From an uncultured Oscillospiraceae bacterium (GTDB taxonomy: Bacteria; Bacillota; Clostridia; Acetivibrionales; DTU013), in NCBI GenBank assembly GCA_964512095.1, contig CAZEIH010000017.1:267-64266 (forward strand): DNA of 64,000 nt. Reading direction: 5' to 3'. Shown one piece after another: positions 57,323 through 64,000 of this stretch. The notes under the pieces were generated by a model. That model made no database searches. It saw nothing but the letters and a program-made list of their open reading frames with translations, and was not told the origin of the DNA. The position numbers and the translations under genes are program-made. Each line of letters opens with the position of its first letter. Position 1 is the stretch's first letter.

Positions 57323-57425
57323 ATTTTATCTATGTCTTCAGAAGACGTTGACCTCTGAATTAATTAACTTCCTTGGTCAGATGGAGTTCAGTCTCCACCT
57401 GACTCCCTGAGCGAAGTGAATTGAT
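57323..57425 (+). repeat. full-length copy of the dispersed ~103-nt repeat
   Basis: 97/103 identical to 59445-59547. Contains the GTCTTCAGAAGAC palindrome, TTAATTAA and the hairpin GGTCAGATGGAG-TTCAGT-CTCCACCTGAC. Confidence 0.9.
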
Positions 57426-59360
57426 ATGCCTTCTTGTTTTTATGAAACCTTTGTTCTCTTGTATTGCTTTGTATGATCTAGTTGCCTGTTCGCTTTCATA
57501 TAAATCCATATCCTGTATCTCAGGTATAAAATAATCCTTCGTGTATCTGTATGTCGGTACAAGCTTAGCCATGGTTTCTCTGAGCATTTCATCGTTCTCC
57601 ATGGAATTTTCCAACGCCTTAATACACATGATAACTTCTTGGAAGCTTATATCATGCTGTTTGCCGATAAATATCTTTTCATGGGCAGTTTTCTCCAGTC
57701 CCTCCTCTGCCATCAGTAGCTCCTCGTAGAGCTTCTCTCCAGGCCGCAAGCCTGAGTATTCTATCTTTATATCCACATACGGTTCAAAGCCTGACAGGCT
57801 AATAAGATCCCGGGCTAAATCTGCAATTTTAACAGGCTCGCCCATGTCAAGCACAAATACCTCACCGCCCTCCCCCAGCGCTCCTGCCTGAATCACCAGC
57901 TGAGCAGCCTCAGGTATGGTCATGAAGTAACGTATAATATCAGGGTGAGTGACTGTGACAGGGCCCCCCTGAATAATTTGCTTCTTGAATAGCGGTATGA
58001 CACTACCATTACTACCTAGAACATTACCAAAGCGGACAGCTGCGAATTTGGTTTCACTCATTCTATTCATGGATTGGACAATAATCTCAGCCAGACGCTT
58101 TGATGCGCCCATTATATTAGTAGGGTTTACTGCCTTGTCGGTAGACACAAGTATGAATTTCTTTGTTCCAAAGTCTATCGCCCGCCTACAGGTATTTAGC
58201 GTACCGAATACATTGTTCTTTATAGCTTCCGAAGGATTTCCCTCCATCAATGGCACATGCTTGTGGGCTGCCGCATGGAATACAACTCCCGGCCTATAGC
58301 GCTCAAATATCTCCCTGAGCCTTCCACGGTCCCTACAGGAGCCTATGAGGACTTCCAAGTCAAGCTTATCCTTGTACGTATAGACCAGCTCATTTTGTAA
58401 ATCGTAAGCGTTGTTTTCGTAAATATCAAATATAACCAGCTTTTTTGGCTCAAATTTAGCAATCTGCCTGCAAAGCTCTGAGCCTATGGATCCCCCACCG
58501 CCTGTCACTAACACTACTTCATCCTTGAGGTATCCGGATATTTCGTCCATATTGAGAGTAATCTCGTCACGTCCCAAAAGATCTTCTATATCTACATCCC
58601 TAAGCTGATTGGCTGTCAATTCCCCATCAATTATATCCATCATGTTGGGAAGTGTTTTTAGCTTGCATTTGGTATCCTTGCTTATCCTTAACAAATCAGC
58701 AACATCCCGCTTTGAAGCCGATGGTATGGCAACTACTATCTCATCTATTTTGTACTGCTTTGCTATCTCCCTGATTCTCTCTCTTCCTGATACCACCGGA
58801 ATATTATTAATACAGGTACCATGCTTTGTTATATCATCATCTACCACTACAACTGGTACCAGGTTCATATCGTTATGGTTTTTGAACTCCTTTATTAACA
58901 TAGAGCCTGCACTTCCAGCACCAACCATCATAACCCTGCTGGGCTTACGGTTGTTCCTTTGCAAATAAAGCCTTGCTCTGCGAAGATATCTGCATCCAAT
59001 CCTAACAGAACCAATAAGCATACATAAAAATATCCATGAAATTATGTGTATGGATATTGGGTATGTCCTTCCTGTCAACTGGCTTATTAGTAATCCAAGC
59101 CCTGTAGCTGTGATGGTTCCAACTGTAATCTGCATCATTTCCTCTATGCTTGCATATTCCCAAAGGCTTCTATAGAGTCCGAAAAAATAGAATACAACAA
59201 TTTGAACAATGCTAATCATCAGTGCATTTCTTAAGAAGTTATCAAAGTATTTCTGCGGTATGGCTATATCAAATTTTATGAGCAATGCAAGGCATAGTGA
59301 AATATTTACTATTAAAGCATCTGCTATGACAAGTACAATTTTTCTTAATTTAACTGACAT
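57360..59360 (-). CDS. PglF/CapD-type membrane-anchored UDP-sugar 4,6-dehydratase
   Basis: Four N-terminal TM helices, VLVTGGGGSIGSEL and FGNVLGSNGSVIP (Polysacc_synt_2). ATG 59360 follows GGGAGG. The last 22 codons lie inside the repeat. Confidence 0.85.
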   Translation of the reverse strand: MSVKLRKIVLVIADALIVNISLCLALLIKFDIAIPQKYFDNFLRNALMISIVQIVVFYFFGLYRSLWEYASIEEMMQITVGTITATGLGLLISQLTGRTYPISIHIISWIFLCMLIGSVRIGCRYLRRARLYLQRNNRKPSRVMMVGAGSAGSMLIKEFKNHNDMNLVPVVVVDDDITKHGTCINNIPVVSGRERIREIAKQYKIDEIVVAIPSASKRDVADLLRISKDTKCKLKTLPNMMDIIDGELTANQLRDVDIEDLLGRDEITLNMDEISGYLKDEVVLVTGGGGSIGSELCRQIAKFEPKKLVIFDIYENNAYDLQNELVYTYKDKLDLEVLIGSCRDRGRLREIFERYRPGVVFHAAAHKHVPLMEGNPSEAIKNNVFGTLNTCRRAIDFGTKKFILVSTDKAVNPTNIMGASKRLAEIIVQSMNRMSETKFAAVRFGNVLGSNGSVIPLFKKQIIQGGPVTVTHPDIIRYFMTIPEAAQLVIQAGALGEGGEVFVLDMGEPVKIADLARDLISLSGFEPYVDIKIEYSGLRPGEKLYEELLMAEEGLEKTAHEKIFIGKQHDISFQEVIMCIKALENSMENDEMLRETMAKLVPTYRYTKDYFIPEIQDMDLYESEQATRSYKAIQENKGFIKTRRHINSLRSGSQVETELHLTKEVN

Positions 59361-59444
59361 CTCATTTTCCTCCCGTGTTTTGCGCAGCAATCTCTACACT
59401 GGCCTATTCATGTACGTATAACACTAATTTATATATTCAAAATC

Positions 59445-59547
59445 ATTTTATCTATGTCTTCAGAAGACGCCGACCTCTGAATTAATTAACTTCCTTGGTC
59501 AGGTGGAGTTCAGTCTCCACCTGACCTCCTGAGCGAAGCGAATTGAT
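59445..59547 (+). repeat. full-length copy of the dispersed ~103-nt repeat
   Basis: Contains a perfect 12-bp hairpin GGTCAGGTGGAG-TTCAGT-CTCCACCTGACC. It sits in the loaP-to-capD leader. Confidence 0.9.
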
Positions 59548-59632
59548 TTAGTCCAAAAAAGGCATGGTTTTACCAATTGTATATATATTGCTCCTATACA
59601 ATGGCATCACTAGCCTTTGACCTCCTACTCTC

Positions 59633-59655
59633 ATACCGGGCCGAAACACCGATAT
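59633..59655 (-). promoter_or_regulatory. hairpin with conserved 9-nt loop (copy 1) in the polysaccharide-operon leader
   Basis: Plus strand reads ATACCGG-GCCGAAACA-CCGATAT and can be extended to 11 bp. On minus-strand RNA the stem is fully paired with one G·U. Confidence 0.45.
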
Positions 59656-59732
59656 GGGACTTGGATTTTGTTTAAAGCCTTTACAACGATAGCCCCGGGT
59701 TATCGATAGATGTGAGTAATTCATCAGTCCTT

Positions 59733-60257
59733 CTATATTGGTTTCAGGATAGAAATCCCTAGATCTACTGTCCTTTCTTCTCCAAGGAAATCCAGCCGTA
59801 TCTTAGCTCTTTCTTTGCGATGGTCTATACTAATAATTACCCCTTCAAGGGAAAAGAGAGGACCGTCTACCACTTGAACTCTCCCATTCTCTATCAGCAC
59901 ATTCGAAAAACCAATTTCTTCGTTATTAGAAATCAAGCTGGACAATACAGCCATTTCTCGGCGGTCTATACTTGCCACTGAATTTCCTGTCTTTAGTAAT
60001 CTAATTACATTTGGTATGTTCTTTAAACCATAATACGTATCTGGAGTTATATCACCATTAATTAAAACATAGCCGGGAAACAAGACCCTTGTTTCTACCC
60101 TCCATATGCCGCCCTTCCTGACCCGCAGCTTTCTTTTGGGTACCACTACGGTATAGTCATCACCCAATCTATACCTGACTCTCTCCTTTGCCCTCTCCTC
60201 TTCACCTGTAACAACAAACACACCATGCCATTCATCTAATCGTGAATCATACAACAT
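59733..60257 (-). CDS. loaP: NusG-paralogue transcription antiterminator (LoaP-like)
   Basis: 174 aa. NGN-like N-terminus (WHGVFVVTGEEERAKERV…LFPGYVLI) and a KOW-like C-terminus (VQVVDGPLFSLEGVIISIDHRKERAKIRL). It is the first gene of a polysaccharide locus. Confidence 0.7.
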   Translation of the reverse strand: MLYDSRLDEWHGVFVVTGEEERAKERVRYRLGDDYTVVVPKRKLRVRKGGIWRVETRVLFPGYVLINGDITPDTYYGLKNIPNVIRLLKTGNSVASIDRREMAVLSSLISNNEEIGFSNVLIENGRVQVVDGPLFSLEGVIISIDHRKERAKIRLDFLGEERTVDLGISILKPI

Positions 60258-60293
60258 TATTAAAACCCCTTAGTATCCTTAGCAACAATACCC

Positions 60294-60322
60294 ATTTTAT
60301 AACATTTAGCGAGCAAAGTCAA
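60294..60322 (-). promoter_or_regulatory. sigma-A-type promoter for loaP
   Basis: Minus strand reads TTGACT (60322-60317), a 17-nt spacer, then TAAAAT (60299-60294). Confidence 0.5.
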
Positions 60323-60410
60323 TGTTTTATATTGATTTATTCCAAATTTCTTGTAACTATGGTACTTTGAAGCATTGTGGAAGACTTATGTATCGTCGCA
60401 GGGCCATGTA

Positions 60411-60645
60411 GGGAGACGGTTCGGTTCGGGGACGGTTCTCACCTTTGGAGACGGTTCCCACCTTTGGGGACAGTTCGTTCGGGGCCAGTTCGTTCGGGGC
60501 CAGTTCGTTCGGGGACAGTTCTCACCTTTGGGACAGTTCGGTTCGGGGACGGTTCTCACCTTTGGGACGGTTCGGCTCGGGGACGGTTCGTTCGGGGACA
60601 GTTCTCACCTTTGGGGACAGTTCGTTCGGGGACGATTCTCACTTT
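60411..60645. repeat. tandem array of 14 units of two types (15 nt and 19 nt)
   Basis: 8 units are GGGGAC(A/G)GTTCGTTC-like and 6 are GGGGAC(A/G)GTTCTCACCTTT-like, and the two types are interleaved. The last unit overlaps the stop codon of the AI-2E transporter gene. Confidence 0.9.
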
Positions 60646-61691
60646 GCGATTGCCTCAACTGTTTTATTAATCAACACCCTGATTATAGCCATTACAGGTA
60701 CGGCTAGGAGCATACCTGTGATTCCAAAAAACTCTCCGCCCACAAGGACTGCAAATATTGTGGCAACAGGATGAAGTCCCATCCGTCCTTCTATCATTTT
60801 GGGTGAAATAAAACTGTTATCGATTTGCTGCACAGTAAGAAAAACCACGATGGTCCAAACCGCCTTCATTGGCGATATTGTTAGGGCAACAGCAACAGCA
60901 GGTATTGCTCCAATGTATGGACCAAAGTAAGGAATCACATTGGCCAATCCACCGAGCATACCAAGAACTAGAGGATATCGCATACCAACTATAATAAGTC
61001 CGATAGTTTCCAGTATACCTATAATAAATGAAATAACCAGCTGCCCCTGAATAAATCCGGCAAGAATCCTGTTAATCTCCTTGAATACAAAAGTTAGGCC
61101 ATTCCTCCAGTGTCTTGGGAACAACAGTAAAGTATACTCTTTAAACCTTTCCCCATCTTTTATAGTGTAATATGTAATAACTAGCGCAATAGTTATGTCT
61201 ACAATGATTTTCACCATATCAACAACAAGGTTTAGACCATCCTCCAGCAGTCTAACAAGAAATGACTGCAACTTGTCCATAACATTTGTTATCTGATCAA
61301 ATATAGCATCTTTAACCTGCTCTGACCAGTTAGTAGAATCGATAGTAGAGAGTAGACCATTTAATGTGTTTTCATAGCTTAACATAAGCTGTGGTAACGT
61401 TTCCATCAGTTCTCGGATGTTTGTAGCCAGTTCAGGAATCAGGTATATACCCACAGCCACCAACAGCGCCAATATAAACAAGTAAACAACCAATATAGAT
61501 ATACCCACCGGTATCCTTTTGGCAATCAGCCTGTCTGACAAAGGCTTTACTATGTATACCAGCATTACCGTGACAAAAAACGGTGATAGGACTCTTACTA
61601 TTTTACCCCAATATGTATATATGAAAAAAACTGATGCTGTTATCATCAAAATCAAGATAAGGTAGAATAATAGCTTCTTATATCGTGCCAC
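60639..61691 (-). CDS. AI-2E family transporter (PerM/UPF0118)
   Basis: 350 aa with about 8 TM helices and GGLANVIPYFGPYIGAIPA. GTG start lies 6 nt after AGGAGG. Confidence 0.8.
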   Translation of the reverse strand: MARYKKLLFYLILILMITASVFFIYTYWGKIVRVLSPFFVTVMLVYIVKPLSDRLIAKRIPVGISILVVYLFILALLVAVGIYLIPELATNIRELMETLPQLMLSYENTLNGLLSTIDSTNWSEQVKDAIFDQITNVMDKLQSFLVRLLEDGLNLVVDMVKIIVDITIALVITYYTIKDGERFKEYTLLLFPRHWRNGLTFVFKEINRILAGFIQGQLVISFIIGILETIGLIIVGMRYPLVLGMLGGLANVIPYFGPYIGAIPAVAVALTISPMKAVWTIVVFLTVQQIDNSFISPKMIEGRMGLHPVATIFAVLVGGEFFGITGMLLAVPVMAIIRVLINKTVEAIAK

Positions 61692-61750
61692 AGCTCACCT
61701 CCTAAAAACTAAGCTTGGGTACACGCCTTCATACATGATTCGTATTAGCC

Positions 61751-61782
61751 AAAGACCGGGTAGGTGCTTCTACCCGGTCTTT
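61751..61782 (-). terminator. 13-bp perfect hairpin downstream of the PRC-barrel operon
   Basis: AAAGACCGGGTAG-GTGCTT-CTACCCGGTCTTT. The U-run is weak and partly inside the stem. Confidence 0.45.
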
Positions 61783-61883
61783 ACGAGGATTTGAGAGAAT
61801 GTGTATATCCCAACTTAAGCCTGCCAGCTAGCAGACATTTGGGTCTGAAAGGCCTCCATACTAGGCCTGTTTACCAATACTAT

Positions 61884-62066
61884 CTATCTAAACAAATCAG
61901 CAACATCGCCAATAATATTGCTAGACTTCCTCAATAAATGCTTTCCGCTCCTCATCATTCGCTTTTTAGTCCTATTGGACATTAACATGTCTGAATTCAT
62001 CATCAAGCCAACTGATGCAGCCACCATACCGCCAATCATTACACCTTTTACAAAACCATTACGCAT
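61884..62066 (-). CDS. small hypothetical membrane protein (60 aa)
   Basis: AAGGAG lies 9 nt before the ATG. One Gly/Met-rich TM helix (GVMIGGMVAASVGLMM) and a basic tail. Confidence 0.5.
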   Translation of the reverse strand: MRNGFVKGVMIGGMVAASVGLMMNSDMLMSNRTKKRMMRSGKHLLRKSSNIIGDVADLFR

Positions 62067-62088
62067 TGCTTTCGTCTCCTTTCTGCTG

Positions 62089-62619
62089 TTACAACAGCCT
62101 TCCCTTAATACCGCCGCCTGTCTTCTCCATCTCGTCCACTGCTTCCTTCTCCACTACCGCAAATTCATTCCCCAGCTCTACCTTCCCAAACAGGGGCAAC
62201 AACCTCCTACCATGTATTACATCCTGTAGCAAGCCATCGGATATTTCAAAGCCTTCGATTTTGCAGGTAGTGTAGTCAAACAACACATCCTTTACAACAC
62301 CCAACTCTCCACCCGCCTTAGAAAATACCCTGAGTCCTAGTAGGCTGCCTTCATCCCTAAATTTTTTTTTAAATGACACTCGATCCATCCATAAAACGCA
62401 CTTAGTACTTTCTATAATAGCGGCATCACACCCCAAGCTAATAACCTCACTCAGGAAAACCACTCTCTTCCTGACTGAAACGCTCCTACCCTCAAGTAGT
62501 AACGCCTTTACCTGCCATTCCCCAGGGCTGAACAGTATATCCTTTACAACCCCTACTTTCCTGCCGCTGTCAACACAAATAACAGGAAGGTTCAGTACAT
62601 CACTGTATCTTTGTAGCAT
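62089..62619 (-). CDS. PRC-barrel domain protein (tandem PRC barrels)
   Basis: Two YlmC/YmxH-like segments (LNLPVICVDSGRKVGVVKDILFS…; LLGLRVFSKAGGELGVVKDVLFD…). ATG 62619 lies 7 nt after GGAGG. Confidence 0.7.
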   Translation of the reverse strand: MLQRYSDVLNLPVICVDSGRKVGVVKDILFSPGEWQVKALLLEGRSVSVRKRVVFLSEVISLGCDAAIIESTKCVLWMDRVSFKKKFRDEGSLLGLRVFSKAGGELGVVKDVLFDYTTCKIEGFEISDGLLQDVIHGRRLLPLFGKVELGNEFAVVEKEAVDEMEKTGGGIKGRLL

Positions 62620-63040
62620 AAGGCGGCCTCCGCAAATCAAGCTAAAAGCTCGCTAATCATCCATTATTATTTCTTGCTTCAACAAAAATAATACAATGGA
62701 AAATACATGTAATACACAAAGAAGTTAAAAGAGGTGAAAAGAAGATAAATTTAACAAATCTAGACAATACGCCTCCATTTGTATAGAATGATACATGGGG
62801 ATGGATCCTTTGCTTTATTTTGACCCATTTCAACAAATTTCGCACATATTTTGAAATTGCATGGAATGGAATGAGCTAAACTAAACTGAACTGAACAAAA
62901 CTGAACTGAACAAACATAATACAGAATATGGTATTGCATTGTTTTATCACATTGCCATAATAATGTACTATGTTACATAATTAGGATACATAAACATTAT
63001 ATAGAATTTAAACATATATCATCAGGGAGGCAAAATTAGA

Positions 63041-64000
63041 ATGAAAAATATATTTAAGAGGCTTGGAGTACACATTCCGGAGATTCTACTGCCTGTGGAT
63101 GGCACAGATTTAACCAAATGGGCAGTCATAGCCTGCGATCAATACACCTCACAGCCGGAATACTGGGATAAGGTAAGTGAAGGGGTTGGCCAAAACCCTT
63201 CTACGCTTAAACTGACCTTTCCTGAGATTTATCTGAAGGATGACGATAAGGACAAAAGAATTGAAAGTATTAATAAGACTATGGAGGAATATCTTATCCA
63301 GGGCACTCTTGAACCGCAGGATCCGGGGTTCATTCTTGTAGACCGCAGTACACCCCATACATCCTCAAGGAAGGGGCTAATTATTGCACTTGATCTGGAA
63401 TGCTACGACTACAGACCCGGTGCTCAAACCCTCATACGGGCAACTGAAGGGACGGTTCTTGACCGTATACCGCCAAGAGTAAGAATTCGTGAAAATGCAC
63501 CAATTGAGCTGCCTCATATTATGGTACTGATTGATGACCCAGATAAAACAGTAATAGAAGGCCTTTATGCTAAAGCTGAAGCTGGAGGCTTTAAGAAGCT
63601 ATATGATTTTGAATTAATGCAAGGCGGTGGCCATATAAAGGGATGGAAGGTCGATGACAAAGAAAGCCTGTCAATGGTAGCCAAGGCCTTCAACAAACTA
63701 GAGCGCGGTGGCTGCCCCTGCGGTAGCGATACCATTGGGGACGATACCATTGGGGACAGTTCTCACCTGCCCTGTAACCTTCTCTTTGCAGTTGGCGATG
63801 GAAATCATTCTCTTGCTTCCGCAAAGGCCCACTGGGAAAATGTCAAGGCTAGCCTTATTAAAGATACTAATGAACCAATTCCAGAACATCCTGCAAGATA
63901 CGCTTTGGTAGAGCTAGTAAATGTACACGATGATGGCTTGGTTTTTGAACCAATTCATAGAGTTCTTTTTAATATAAATGCAACAACAATCCTCGAAATG
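63041..64000 (+). CDS. DUF1015-family protein (3'-truncated by the window end)
   Basis: GGGAGG lies 10 nt before ATG 63041, and the frame is open to the window end (320 codons). Missing from the track because it has no stop. Motifs CDQYTSQPEYW and AVGDGNHSLASAKAHWE are typical of DUF1015. Confidence 0.8.
   Translation, partial: MKNIFKRLGVHIPEILLPVDGTDLTKWAVIACDQYTSQPEYWDKVSEGVGQNPSTLKLTFPEIYLKDDDKDKRIESINKTMEEYLIQGTLEPQDPGFILVDRSTPHTSSRKGLIIALDLECYDYRPGAQTLIRATEGTVLDRIPPRVRIRENAPIELPHIMVLIDDPDKTVIEGLYAKAEAGGFKKLYDFELMQGGGHIKGWKVDDKESLSMVAKAFNKLERGGCPCGSDTIGDDTIGDSSHLPCNLLFAVGDGNHSLASAKAHWENVKASLIKDTNEPIPEHPARYALVELVNVHDDGLVFEPIHRVLFNINATTILEM
63727..63768 (+). repeat. 15-nt tandem units of the GGGGAC family inside the DUF1015 CDS
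   Basis: CGATACCATTGGGGA occurs twice and is followed by CAGTTCTCACCT. The last part is identical to the long unit of the 60411-60645 array. Confidence 0.8.

Noticed and set aside
57323-57425. Dispersed repeat as a MITE or IS remnant
   Set aside because: I could see no terminal inverted repeats, flanking target-site duplications or transposase fragments. It is treated as a REP-like structured element instead.
60375-60774. Three overlapping plus-strand ORFs (GQFVRGQFVRG…, GTVRSGPVRSG…, SSFGASSFG…)
   Set aside because: All three frames are open only because of the 15/19-nt periodic array. They have no RBS and overlap the 3' end of the AI-2E transporter gene on the other strand.
62657-62845. 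62-aa minus-strand ORF in the AT-rich divergent intergenic region
   Set aside because: It has no RBS and a low-complexity hydrophobic sequence. The region more plausibly holds the divergent promoters of the PRC-barrel and DUF1015 genes. The nearby AACTGAACTGAACAAA duplication (62890-62925) is too short to interpret.
63149-63911. Short ORFs 63149-63358(-), 63565-63750(-), 63698-63889(-) and 63708-63911(+)
   Set aside because: All lie inside or antisense to the long open DUF1015 frame that starts at 63041 with a good RBS.

Overview
The window looks like a low-GC Firmicutes (Clostridia-type) chromosomal segment. Almost every gene is on the minus strand. All product calls come from motifs read by eye, with no database search. 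(1) 0.1-24.6 kb is housekeeping: an acyl-CoA dehydratase-activase-type fusion protein, lepB, aspS, hisS, a 1401-aa SLH-anchored surface protein, an MBL hydrolase, relA, apt, recJ, yqeY-like, rpsU, galE, a HIT protein and alaS. (2) 25.2-60.3 kb is a roughly 35 kb Wzx/Wzy-type surface-polysaccharide locus read from right to left. It starts with a NusG paralogue (LoaP-like) and continues with PglF/CapD-like dehydratase, PglE-like aminotransferase, PglC-like priming transferase, GNAT, WbuB-like GT, FnlA/B/C, two GT4s, Wzy, a TupA-like ATP-grasp, a CapA-like protein, Wzx, UDP-GlcA 4-epimerase, Ugd, a beta-helix protein, an NTP_transf_5 protein, CpsC/D/B and an O-antigen-ligase-like protein. (3) This locus is interrupted at about 49.05-57.4 kb by an 8 kb block. 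The block holds the most interesting content: a candidate RiPP cluster. It comprises an ABC exporter, a PqqD-like RRE, a radical-SAM/SPASM enzyme, two Cys-containing precursor ORFs that are absent from the ORF track (53747-53893 and 53582-53710, minus strand), a terminator, an HPr-kinase-like protein and an S24/S26-type peptidase. The block also holds the only internal plus-strand gene, an 827-aa secreted repeat protein. (4) Several non-coding repeat systems are present: a ~100-nt dispersed element with a 12-bp hairpin (5 copies), arrays of 15/19-nt and 15/16-nt tandem units, a duplicated hairpin with a conserved loop, and a ~35-nt direct repeat flanking a small ORF. (5) The right end carries an AI-2E transporter, a PRC-barrel protein and a partial DUF1015 gene. 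I saw no rRNA, tRNA, CRISPR array or transposase.
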